Shown in pieces: positions 12,483 to 26,200 of a stretch of 64,000 bases of DNA. Position numbers and translations under genes: made by a program. The stretch covers positions 15,264-79,263 of the forward strand of contig JAUCBJ010000065.1 of the NCBI GenBank assembly GCA_032718475.1, in the 5' to 3' direction. Each line of letters opens with the position of its first letter. Positions within the stretch are counted from its first letter, which is position 1. Source of the stretch: Nemertoderma westbladi (taxonomy: Eukaryota; Animalia; Xenacoelomorpha). A model generated the notes under the pieces. It made no database searches. It was not told the DNA's origin and saw only the letters and a list, made by a program, of their open reading frames with translations.

Positions 12483-13369
12483 TATGTATGTATACAGCTA
12501 CTTTGTGATAATTGTCGTCTTTTTTGGGTTTTATAGTAATTTTATTATGTTGTAGAACATTATAATTATATATTGTGTAATTATATATATTATATTATGT
12601 ATTACGAATACGAAATATATTATATTGTGAATTCTAATTGTTACGAAAGTGGATATTGCACCTCATACGTTAGTGCTTTGTTTTCAAAAAATTATTTTTA
12701 TAATTTCAAATTATACCGTACTAGCTATAGTAAAAAAAAACGAAGAAACATGTGCTACCTTATTAATTAATATCTACTAATGTTCTAGAATACTACTAAT
12801 AACGAAATTAAAATTTCAAAACTACGAGCTAGGTCATAAAACAAACACTAGCTACCATAAAAAATATCTAGTAATGTTCGAGAACATTCATGAATAGCCT
12901 AAAGACAACAAAACCCCCAAATTTGCTGTGTACATAGGCCTACTATACAGTACTAGTACCCATATTTAGTGCTGGCTACATCTCATTATTTTATAAAACG
13001 CATTTAAATTTCAAAATTAAAAAAAATATATAAAAAATCATTTAAAAATTTATAGTAATGCCAATAATATCTTCCAAAATATTTTACAAAATTATGCTAC
13101 AAAAACAATTTCATCTAGAACATTATTTTTTCTTAAAATTTATAGCTCATGTTCTAGTACATTGCACTTGTAGGTTATATGCCCAAATTTCGTAATTTTA
13201 CTTGCAGGTTTTTTCTATATTGAATGTTGTTAATGTTCTAGAACATCATGTAATCTTAATATTGAAATAGATAATTATGGAACAAAATGTTTAATGTTCC
13301 AGAACATTTTAAAAGATATATAAATGCAAAGATTCTATTTTAATAATTGTATGGATATCAATTTTTCAT

Positions 13370-13570
13370 TTGAGCATTCCCTTGTGCACCAGATGAGCTC
13401 GCTATGCCTCTGGGCGCATCGCCTCCTTGCATCCTTAAATGGTAGCTAATAATACTGGTGTTTCCTCTGGGGAGTATTGTTCTGGGGGGACGGCACTGAA
13501 CATAAGACGAAAAGGTAAGACTGTGTGCATGATCCTTACCCTAGCAGCCACATAAAGCTTTACATTTTTT
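13370..13570 (+). mobile_element. 5'-truncated SINE copy, same family as 55128-55512
   Basis: Shares ccttgcatccttaaatggtagctaa...ctctggggagta...ggggggac and a ctttacatt tail with the 55-kb copy. Confidence 0.55.
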
Positions 13571-14218
13571 ACGAAACTTTTTATAGGTGAAATGATCTGT
13601 ACCTGTGAGTATAAAATGTACGCTGTTAAATTTTGTTGTGATCGAATTCTTTGTTCCCGATTTATATAAATTAATTCCCAACAGCTTATTGCGGAAAGTT
13701 ACTTTGATTATTTATGATCATAACTTATTTGCAACTTATTCTTCACCACTCGAAGCTTTTTGTCTGGCTATTATTATACAAATTTCCATGTAGCATTTCC
13801 ATTAATATAGACTTTTTGGGCAGAAATAACAATGTAATTTAATAATATGCAATCCGAATCATTGCGAATTACTTTTGAGTTTATGTACGAATGACGACTG
13901 CTTTATAATATGAATCGCCTTGACTTTGGACACAATACCCATTGTATCAAAATTTATTTATGCCCTGTAAAAAGAAATACCTATCCACGATATTTTTAAC
14001 GATATACCTGTGGTAAATTCAGGCTTATTGTGACTACATTTGTTGGTTTTCTCTATCTCTATTATTATTCAGTTGTGTCATCACAACAAAAAAAAATCAA
14101 AATGACAAACATAAAATTAATTGCAACATTACAGTATAACGAGAAGATTACTTATTCTACAGTAAATATATAATATATAATAAATATAATATATTTAATT
14201 ATCGCATAAATTTCCCTG

Positions 14219-17200
14219 TTATAAAAGTTCGGGAGTTTTCCAGTTCAGTATATATGTCAGCTGTTCTTTTATACGGTTGATTTGACGATGAAGGACTTGG
14301 TGAAGTTGTGGGAATGATTGCTGTACAACCCGACTGAGACCGTTGCCACACAGAGTTACGGTATAGAGAGGAGTAGGTCCCGGGGAAACCGATAAATATC
14401 CGTCGCAATCAACGTCTTCTAGGGCCCTAGGAGGAAATACAGTAGTAATATTATGTCACTGCAGTCAAAAAATTTACTACCTTTTGGCGACATTGCGCCA
14501 GTATGTAGTTAAGTTCATCTTTACAGAGTTTATATAACATTACCGGAATGCTGTCAAGTTTGCATTGTTTTTGAAACACAATATTCGAAATTGATTATAC
14601 TAGAACTAATGCGCCTTGCGTTCAAAAACACAGTAATTTTCACCCTCAAGTTACTACAATTGTATGACTATGGATAACTGGAACATAGTGTCTCAATTCA
14701 CTTGGATTGCTGTTGTGAATCGTGTTTTCTTTGCATTGGAACTGCGGGGGGGGGGGGGGGGGGGCATCGTGCTAGACTCCGCTATTTTGATTTGTGTGGA
14801 AACTTTAGTTAACTTCAAAATGAAAACCTGAAAGTTTGACTAACAGAAATTTCAGTGCAGTTAATTTCTACTGGGTCTCCCGCATTAGCGCGACAATTCA
14901 ATAAGCCCACTCAATTTGCTATTTCATTTATCAACATATTTCTTAATTCTTTTCTATTTAAGCTACAGAATGAAAGCGAAAATATAAAAAATTCTGACTC
15001 AACCAGTCAGAGATGAAACTAACTACTGTATGTTTCAAATTTCATGTAATCTCATTAAGATTTGTAGAAATATTGGGGGGAAGGGGTGGGGGCACCTGAA
15101 TATAGACACTATATTCCAGGACAGAATGTATAACCGTAGGCAGTTTACATTGAATTAATGAAAAAAAAACGAAATGTTTCTTACATACAAATGTTTCTTG
15201 AAATGGTTCTTAATGTAAGCACTCTGTGGTAATGTTTCTTACAATGTAAGCACTCTGTGGTAATCCCATCCATTTGTTTCGCCGAGTTCACGCACCCACT
15301 CAAAGAATGCCATTGTGTTGTCGTTCTTGTTCAGGTCGGTAAGAAGTATCATCTTCAAAGGAACCCTGTCAGAATTATTGAAATAATACGATAATAATAC
15401 ACAAATATACGAGTATAGGTGCAGTTGTTAGTAGGCAAGCTAAAAACTCTAACTTTAATCCTGACTAAAAAATAGTTGCAAACTAAAAATGGTAGCCTAT
15501 TAACTAAATAAATAACAAGAAGGGCCTTTATGGGTAGATTCAGATTGTGGATTGAAATTTTTTGGTAGAAATAATTATTATTCAATTTATCTATATTAAA
15601 TAATTTTATTTTCAAGTCGGCGTGAAATACGGCGTGAAATAAAGTAAGTACAATGATGGGCTATGAGGTGATTATATCACGGCGTGAAATAAAATAACAG
15701 TACCGGTATTATTTCAGTACGATTGTACCTTATTCTACGATCACGCTGAGTTAAGCCTAACAGTAAGTCATTCATCACCGATACTGACAGCACAAGAATC
15801 ATAGGTCGTTACCGGTACGGTACCGTACCAGTGTCATTCATTCTGTCACTACCTACAACACCTAGTAGGCCTTATTGCCTACTTATAAAGCCTTAAGGCT
15901 GCAAGCAGTACAAGAGGTGGTTACCGGTACCGTAGAGTTCCGATGTGATATGTGATTTTTAATTAATAAAACTTCGAAATTTGAAAATAAAACGACATAT
16001 TCGATTTAAATAAAGTACGTATTTCACTTTCATGCTCTCGTTTCAAATTTCACTCACTCGCTTCCACTCGTTCGTTGAAATATTACAACTCGGCCCGGCG
16101 TGAAATACAGTGGTACTTTATTTAAATCGAATATAGCGTAATTATTTATTGTATATAAATAATTTATACAATTACATATTAAATAATCCAATAAATGGTA
16201 AATGGCTACAGCTATTGTAGGCAGAGCCAGTTGGTTTTAGTTTGAAAGTCTATCTATATCCTATATTCTACATACAGTATATGAATGTAGGCCTACAGTA
16301 TACCGAAAAGTTCGTTAAACAGCGCTCAAATACATCTGCAATGAAATAGGCTTTATAAGGACATGGATTATGGATATTCAATTTATGCAGGGAATGTCAA
16401 GTAAAAAATTATCCACATCTTTGCATTTTGAAATATGGCAACATTATAGAAGATGGCGTGTTTGTTTTAGTTTTAGTAATTTACCTGCATATAAATGAAG
16501 ATTGAGGTCTATAAATCTTCTTTGGTTTCTCCAACCAGAAAGTTGCCAGATTATCGTTATGTATACGCTTCAATAGCAATGCATTTCCTTGTAATATCTG
16601 TATACGCGGCCAGTACCTAAAAATATCTCATTATTAAAACCCCAACTGCTATATTTTTTCCCAATGCTTTCACACATTTTAGATAGAACATCAATATAAA
16701 TTATTACAGCTTTGTTTAGATGATTTAGATGGTTTATAGCTGATTTAGGTCGTTTTTATTACTAATGTATAGTTTTTTTGTTAACTATTTGACTAACGAA
16801 CACTTTCTCGCAATTTTTCGAATTATTTTGTATTGCCGGGACAAATATCATGGGAATTTCCACCACCAAATTGCGACAGAGCAAGCGAAATTTACCTTAA
16901 AAGGTAAAAATGTGTTTTAGAAATGCTCCAAAACCAAATAAACGATACATTTTCACTCTTGAGTCGAATGTTTAATTTTCAATGAGTTCGATGCAGTTTT
17001 TAATGAAGAAACCGAATCTGTTAGCGGAGTATTAATGGTCACTCGTATAGATTCCGAGATAATCAGGTTTAAGTCTATTCAGAGTTTGTGAAGATATATT
17101 AAATTTTAATATACATGTAGGTAAATCCTGTCATTTACGGTACATAATTCTTCACTTTTTTGAAGCATTATTTTTTAATATGATCGCCAAGGACCACACT

Positions 17201-20200
17201 GTATTTTTATATGCCTCAAGATTTTGAGTACCAGTTTTTAAATGAGTAGCCTACCAGTCTCTGATGAGTATAGTTCTGGGGGGGAGTGAAATTAAGATTT
17301 TTATACTTCGTCCCTCCATCTCTTTTATTAATTCCCTCGCAATCGCATTCATTTGGCATCCGTCAGCTTGTTTGTTCATAAAAATCGTGATCGGTAAAAG
17401 GGGAGAAATAATATAAGCTGTTTGCTTAGGGATAATCCATGCCAAACTATTTTCTGATACAGGGTGATAATGATCCACACGTCTAGTCGCTTGGAGCTAC
17501 TTAAAAAGTAAGCAATTTACACATCTAAATGAGATAACTGTGTTTGGGAAAGATCTTACAGTTGTCAAAGAAACTACTTGAGTTCGCGAACTGTCAATTT
17601 GAATGGATTGCCTACATCCGTCAGGATAATGTGAAACAACCAGCCATAGCATTACGTTACACATCACTTCACTGCACTATATTTCAACACTCCACAACTA
17701 TACGCTACACTACACTGCACATCATCATACTATACAAGACTAAACTACACTGCACTTCATCACACTACACTAGACCACACTACACTGCACTACATCACAC
17801 TACACTAGACTACACTATACTGCACTTCATCACACTACACTAGACTACACTACACTGCACTTCATAACAATACTCTAGACCACACTACACTGCTCTGCAC
17901 ATCACTACACAAGACTACACTACACTGCACTTCATCACACGACACTACACTAAACGACACTGCACTTCATCACACTACACTAGACTACACTACACTGCAC
18001 TTCATCACACGACACTACACTAAACGACACTGCACTTCATCACACTAGACTACACTACATTGCACTTCATCACACTGTACTGATCTGCACAACACTACCT
18101 ACACTTTGCCATGGTAATCTACACTACACTGTACTGTAGTACACTATATTACACTGCACCACACTGCAGTACACTATACTATACTGCACTACATTATAGT
18201 ACACTACACTACACTTCATCACACTAGATTTACTCACACTAACTTCCCTGCTCTGCACAATACGAAACTTTACCATGCTAAACTACACTTCACTGTAATG
18301 TACTACACTGCACTACACTATACTACATTAAACTACACTTCATTGCTCAGCACAACTCTACACTTTGCCATACTACACTACACTACACTGCATTGCCCTG
18401 CACTGCACGGCACTGCACTGCACTGCACTGCACTGCACTGCACTGCACTGCACTGCTCTGAAATGCACCGCATTGCACTGCACTTCCACACTAAACTGCA
18501 CTACTCTGCACTGCACTACACTGCACCGCACCGCACTACACTACAAGGAACTGCACTACACTGCACTGCACTACCGTATACTATTCTATTATACTACACT
18601 CCACTACACTATAAACTAAACTACCAATGTGCATCATTGAAAAACACGCATTTGACGTTTTCTATATAACAGGATTTAAGGTGCAAATTTATTTCACCCA
18701 ATCAAGTGAAGCCGTATTGGAGTCAAGGCTAACTAAGATAAAGTATATCAATCCATTTTAAAAACATTTTAATGACGCGGCCAGCAAAACGCCTTTGTTA
18801 TACTGGGAAACATACGGAATACTTAAAACGGTCCTGTCCGTTGAATTGGACATTAATAATGGTGCATCTGTATAATGTTTTATCTTTACCTACCTGGGTA
18901 CACCATCACTCAACCCAGAACTTCTAATTAATCCTATTTTCTTGTGATCCTCGCTTTTAATATCCTTGTGGTGTTCTAATATATCATATTTTAGAATGAC
19001 TTCGTTATTATCATTAAATCCTTCAAATTTATGTTGTACTGTGTCATAGACAGATTGTTCTATAGATGCAATATCTTTTAACGTGTCCTCAATATATCGG
19101 TAATGCATATGGGTATAGAATTGTCGTTTTTCTCTCCAACACCTGAGGCACCAATCCTTAGCATCTTCTATATATGCGACAAGTTCTTCCTCCGTATCCC
19201 ATCGAGTTGATTCCAACTCAGATATTCCAGAAAGTACATTCTAGGCAAAAATATTGTATAGTATAATATATTATTAAGTAATCGTGTAGCTATTTGGCAC
19301 ATTTAAAAATGAAAAAATAAAAACAATTAGAAATTATATTCTAATAAATCCGTTGGCTTTCGCACTACAAAGTAATTACAATTTTAGGGTTGTAAATGCT
19401 ACGCCGACAACCGATAACCGTTACGGAAATCAAACTGTAACCTGTGCGCTAGAACTCTCGTAACTCTCGTGAACTTTCGTATATTGTTTTGGTTAGAACA
19501 ATATGCCGCGGCAACCTGTGCTTAAGGGTTGTCGGTTGTCTGATATCGGCTCCCGTCGTAGCATTTATTCGTTTATTATCTTGATGGTAAATCGAATCGA
19601 ATAAACGCATATTCTGCAGTTCAGTTATATGTAGGCCTATGCCTATATATCTATATGATGTTAGATAACCACGACTTCAGAGGGATTGTGATATTAATAT
19701 GTAAACAATAAAATAGGACATTGGGTCTTATTCCCTCAGATACTACCTAGCATTTAGGGCCACTTGGGCCACTGTTAGTACTCAGGCACTAAGGCCCATT
19801 AAAAAACAAAATACCAAATCGCTTTTAGTGCTACATAACCCAACCCAACGTAAGTATTGCACGAAATAGCCCCCATTTAAAAATCTGATCATTTATCTGT
19901 ACATACCGGTAGGTGCTAATTGCAATAATTTTTATTGTCCGTTTAAATCACTCATGATGTCCTTTTTTTTACTTTTTATGTCCTCCAGAAATTTACCGTT
20001 AAGTTCCATGCTACCGGTTTCTCTACTGCTGTTCTCTCAGGCAATCAGTACCGGTATTAGTTTTTTTTTACTTTTTATGTCCTCCAGAAATTTACCGTTA
20101 GGTTCCATGCTACCGGTTTCGCTACTGCTGTTCTCTCAGGCTATCAGTACCGATATTAGTATATAGAAAACTATTTTGCAGTATTGCATGTACAGATGTA

Positions 20201-23200
20201 GGTATAAAGCAGGTATTTTAGGTATTTTAGTACTGGTACCGGCACCGGTACTGATGTAGGCCTTCTGTGTAGCCTACCATTTAAATACTGTACTGGTAGC
20301 CCTACCGGCTGACCGGTTGTTTTGGTAAGAAAATCCCGCCTCTGTAACCTGCTCCTTTCCCTGATTTGGTAAAGTGGCCCTTTATTGTTTTGGTTAGAAA
20401 GGCCCGCCTCTGTAACCTGCTCCTTTCCCTCAATTAGTTAAATTATCGTTTATTGTTTTGGTTAGAAATTCCCGCCTCTGTAATATGCTCCTTTCCCTCA
20501 ATTTGTTAAGTGATCGTTTATTGTTATAGTTAGAAAATTCCGCCTCTGTAACCTGCTCCTTTCCCTCAATTAGTTAAGTGATCGTTTATTGTTTTGGTTA
20601 GGAAATCCCGCCTCTGTAACCTGCTCCTTTCTCTCAATTGGTAATGTTATCGTTTATTGTTTTGGTTAGAAAAGACAATCTATAGAACCTGCTCCTTTCC
20701 TTCATTTGGTAAAGTGATTGTTTATTGTTTTGGTTAGAAAATCCCGCCTATGTAACCTGCTCCTTTCCCTGATTTGGTAAAGTGACCGTTTATTGTTTTG
20801 GTTAGAAAGGCTAGCCTCTGTAACCTGCTCCTTTCCTTCATTTGGTAAAGTGACTGTTTATTGTTTTGGTTAGAAAATCCGGCCTTAACCTGCTCCTTTC
20901 CATCAATTGGAAATTGTTTTTGGCTATAAAATGAGTGTTTTGCTACGTCATGTGGTAATCGATTATCGACAACAACCACAAACTATTAAAGTTATAGTCT
21001 TTTAGCACAGGCGCATATGGAAATCTATCTCATCGTCTATAAATCATGGAATTTTGAATGTTTTGGCACAGGCATATTGAAACCAACTGTCCGACAGACC
21101 AGAAATCAACAAATTTTGAATGTTTTGGCATACTGTAGGCATGTTGAAATCAACTATCTGACAGTCCAGAAATCAGCAGTCTGACAGTTTGAAGAAATGC
21201 ATACATAAAAAGGATAACAAAAGTCATTAAAGGGACAACAAAAGTCGTTATGCACAATTCGTAAAAAAGGGAGGACAAAATAAGTCAAATAAAAGGACCT
21301 AAAAAATCACTGTCCTAATTGGGTTTGGTTGAATTCAGTGGGGAATCATGTTTATGCATTTGGGGCTGATGGTAACATACAACTGTACATTGGGGGTGGG
21401 TGGTTTCAACTCGGTTTGGTGGTACGGTAGGATTTCTAATTTATTGGTCATTGTCTTAATTTAGTGGTGCAGTTATGTCAGGGTAGGGGTGGGGTTCGTG
21501 GCACACTGCAGATGAGGAGAACCACGAATCCCAGGGTTCAGTGTTTAAATCTCCGAAACCCTTTCATTTTTATAAAATTTATTACTTAGACTTACCTTAT
21601 CGGCGGACAAAATGTCCTATATTTTTCATAATTTAAGGAATAACCTATTTCGTGCAATACTTACCGGAACCTGTAGTTACTGTATGGTTTGGTGTAGTTT
21701 TTCTTGTGGTAGTTGGGTTGGGATATGTAGCACTAAATCGATTTGGTATTTTGTTTTTTAATGGGCCTTAGTGCCTGAGTACTAACAGTGGCCCAAGTGG
21801 CCCTAAATGCTAGGTAGTATCTGAGGGAATAAGACCCCATGTCCTATTTCATTGTATACATATTAATATGCCTATATATGGCCTAATAAGGACTAATATA
21901 TATATTACAATATTTTTATATTATTGAACGAAGAAAGGAGAACCTTCTAAATCTAACAATAAAATTACATATTACGGAGTTATTTAAATAGGACTTTGGA
22001 TTGACATCACAATAGCAAATGGAGCAAAAATAAATTCGACCTGGCGAGGATCGAACCCACGTCACCCAATAACTATAATAGCATATCTGGTACAGGCTCC
22101 AACCTAGCCTGTACTAGTCCCACTAACTCTGTAGTACAGGCTCCAACCTAGCCTGTACTAGTCCCACTAACTCTGTAGTACAGGCTCCAACCTAGCCTGT
22201 ACTAGTCCTACTAACTCTGTAGTACAGGCTCCACCCTAGCCCGTACTAGTCCTACTAACTCTGTAGTACAGGCTCCACCCTAGCCTGTACTGGTCCTACT
22301 AACTCTGTAGTACAGGCGCCAACCTAGCCTGTAATAGTCCTACTAACTCTGTAGTACAGGCTCCACCCTAGCCTGTACTGGTCCTACTAACTCTGTATTA
22401 CAGGGTCCAACCTAGCCCGTACTAGTCCTACTAACTCTGTAGTACAGGCTCCAAGCTAGCCTGTACTAGTCCTACTAACTCTGTAGTACAGGCTCCACCC
22501 TAGCCCGTACTAGTCCTACTAACTCTGTAGTACAGGCTCCAACCTAGAGCCTGTACTAGTCCTACTAATTCTCTAGTACAGGCTCCACCCTAGCCTGTAC
22601 TAGTCCTACTAACTCTGTAGTACAGGCTTCACCCTAGCCCGTACTAGTCCTACTAACTCTGTAGTACAGGCTCCACCCTAGAGCCTGTACTAGTCCTACT
22701 AACTCTCTAGTACAGGCTCCACCCTAGCCTGTACTAGTCCTACTAACTCTGTAGTACAGGCTTCACCCTAGCCCGTACTAGTCCTACTAACTCTGTAGTA
22801 CAGGCTCCACCCTAGCCCGTACTAGTCCTACTAACTCTGTAGTACAGGCTCCAACCTAGCCTGTACTAGTCCTATTACTGTAACTCTGTAGTACAGGCTC
22901 CAACATAGCCCGTACTAGTCCTACTAACTCTGTAGTACAGGCTCCAACATAGCCAGTACTAGTCCTACTACTGTAACTCTGTAGTACAGGCTCCAACATA
23001 GCCCGTACTAGTCCTACTAACTCTGTAGTACAGGCTCCACCCTAGCCCGTACTAGTCCTACTAACTCTGTAGTACAGGCTCCACCCTAGCCTGTACTAGT
23101 CCTACTAACTCTGTAGTACAGGCTCCAACCTAGCCTGTACTAGTCCTACTAACTCTGTAGTACAGGCTCCAACCTAGCCCGTACTAGTCCTACTAACTCT

Positions 23201-26200
23201 GTAGTACAGGCTCCAACATAGCCAGTACTGGTCCTACTAACTCTGTAGTACAGGCTCCAACCTAGCCCGTACTAGTCCTACTAACTCTGTAGTACAGGCT
23301 CCACCCTAGCCCGTACTAGTCCTACTAACTCTGTAGTACAGGCTCCACCCTAGCCTGTACTAGTCCTACTAACTCTGTAGTACAGGCTCCAACCTAGCCT
23401 GTACTAGTCCTACTAACTCTGTAGTACAGGCTCCAACCTAGCCCGTACTAGTCCTACTAACTCTGTAGTACAGGCTCCAACCTAGCCCGTACAAGTCCTA
23501 CTAACTCTGTATTACAGGGTCCAACCTAGCCTGTACTGGTCCTACTAACTCTGTAGTACAGGCTCCAACCTAGCCCGTACAAGTCCTACTAACTCTGTAT
23601 TACAGGGTCCAACCTAGCCTGTACTGGTCCTACTAACTCTGTAGTACAGGCTCCACCCTAGCCCGTACTAGTCCTACTAACTCTGTATTACAGGGTCCAA
23701 CCTAGCCTGTACTGGTCCTACTAACTCTGTATTACAGGGTCCAACCTAGCCTGTACTGGTCCTACTAACTCTGTATTACAGGCTCCAACCTAGCCAGTAC
23801 TAGTCCTACTAACTCTGTAGTACAGGCTCCAACCTAGCCCGTACTAGTCCAACTAACTCTGTAGTACAGGGTCCAACCTAGCCTGTACTAGTCCTACTAA
23901 CTCTGTAGTACAGGCTCCAACCTAGCCTGTACTAGTCCTACTACTGTAACTCTGTAGTACAGGCTCCAACCTAGCCCGTACTAGTCCTACTAACTCTGTA
24001 GTACAGGCTCCAACCTAGCCTGTACTAGTCCTACTAACTCTGTAGTACAGGCTCCAACCTAACCCTTACTAGTCCCACTAACTCTGTAGTACAGGCTCCA
24101 ACCTAGCCTGTACTAGTCCTACTAACTCTGTAGTACAGGCTCCACCCTAGCCCGTACTAGTTCTACTAACTCTGTATTACAGGCTCCAACATAGCCAGTA
24201 CTAGTCCTACTAACTCTGTAGTACAGGCTCCAACCTAGCCTGTACTAGTCCTACTAACTCTGTAGTACAGGCTCCAACCTAGCCCGTACTAGTCCTACTA
24301 ACTCTGTAGTACAGGCTCCAACCTAGAGCCTGTACTAGTCCTACTAACTCTCTAGTACAGGCTCCACCCTAGCCTGTACTAGTCCTACTAACTCTGTAGT
24401 ACAGGCTCCAACATAGCCCGTACTAGTCCTAGTAACTCTGTAGTACAGGCTCCACCCTAGCCCGTACTATTCCTACTAACTCTGTATTACAGGCTCCAAC
24501 ACCTTCTGACGAAGTTCCGCACTCAGTCCAACGAGTTATGCGATCAGTTAGCGCAGTTGGGCAGGGTAATGTCGCAGTCTCTCGTACCATCCGGTTCCCT
24601 GTCAGCTCTATTGTCTGCTCGACTCATCGCGTTGGACAAGAATCCAGGCGTCCGGCCCATCGGGATCGGAGAGGTTCTACGGCGGGTTATTGGGAAGGCG
24701 GCGATCCGGTGTATTCGCGAGGATCTCGAAGCTGTCGGCGGGTCCGTGCAGCTATGCCTTGGACAGAAGTCAGCGATCGAGTTCGCTGTCCATAGCCTTA
24801 GCCTTAACGATGCCTTTGACCGTGATGGCTGTGATGGTGTTCTCCAAGTTGATGCCACTAACGCGTTTAAAGCCCTCAACCGCCAGGGGGCGCTTCATAA
24901 TATCCGCGTGGTGTGTCCCGGACTCCACACAATTGTATCAAATTGTTATAGCGAGCCGGCGCGGCTGTTCGTGGATGGGGAAACCTTACTGTCAGAGGAG
25001 GGAACGACTCAAGGGGACCCCGTAGCGATGGCCATGTATGGGAGTGGGGGAATGCCTTTGATGAACGAGTTGGAACAGGGGTGCACCACGGAGCAGCGGT
25101 GGTTCGCGGACGACGGGAACGCAGTGGGGAGTCTAACCGAACTCAGAAAGTTCTTCGACATCATCGCAGCGCGGGGGCCGCATTATGGGTATTACCCCAC
25201 CAAGTACTGCCTCACGGTGAAGTCGGACAGGTTACTGGAGGCGGAGGAGTTGTTCGCCGGCACCAACATTGCAATTAATATCGTTGGAAGTAAACTTGTC
25301 GGTGGCGTCATTGGCACTGAGGAGTTCCGTCTTAGAGAAGGTCGCAGAGTTCGCAGCCGAGGTCGATCGGCTAGCAGATATAGCCGCGGTGGATCCCCAC
25401 TGCGCCTACGCAGGACTAGCGTTTGGGCTGGCCTGCCGGTGGCGGTACATAGCGTGGGTCGTACCAGGGGCGACGGAGCAGTTCGGGAAGCTTGAGGAGT
25501 CTGTAGGGCGGTTTCTCTGTCGCCTCACCGACCGGGCAGTTATTCTGACGGAGGAGCGAGAGTTGTTGTCGCTGCCGGTTCGCGACGGGGGGCTGAATGT
25601 CCCGGTCCCTCAGGATCTCGAGTCTCAATACCAGAACTCCCGCCGAGTCTGCGAACCGTTCGTAGGGGCCACCGCAGATACGATGTCGGAAGTTCGGGAA
25701 GAGCAGATCGACATCATAAAGACGCTCAAAATAGTGACAGCAGCTGCAAACAAAGAAAAGAAGGAAGAAGTGTGCAGTAAGCTGCCACAGAATCAACAGC
25801 AACTGTGTGATCTAGTGGGAGAGAAAGGAGCTTCAGCCTGGCTAAACTGTAAACGTATGGCCTTACAGGATACTCACCTCGACAAGGAAGGCTTCCGTGA
25901 TTCCCTGTGCCTCCGCTACGGGTGGATGCCGCGAAATTTACCGTCTCGTTGTGCCTGTGGGCTGCGATTTACTTCGTCCCACGTGCTGTCGTGCCCCACC
26001 AGAGGGTTCCACAATGTCAGGGTGGAACCGCTTCTGCAGCCACTATCGGGTGAGACGTTCAGCCATCGGTCGACATTGACGGACCAGCAGGCGTGGATGT
26101 GATACTGGATGTGTCGGTGAGCGGATTCTGGGGAAACCGTTTCCGGAAAACTTCATCGACGTCTCTGTCTTCAACCCGCTGGCGGACACCAACGCCACGA

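Noticed and set aside
13604-13964. Exon-like segment with AG/GT borders on the minus strand
   Set aside because: Stops in all three frames and downstream of the gene's stop codon; at most a decayed exon
14199-14408. 69-aa ORF from the track
   Set aside because: Wrong frame; the spliced terminal exon uses another frame ending at 14219
17544-18669. His/Thr/Cys-rich ORFs
   Set aside because: Pentanucleotide microsatellite translations
22090-24500. CRISPR-like array of palindromic repeats
   Set aside because: Spacers are identical rather than unique, no cas genes, eukaryotic intron-containing context
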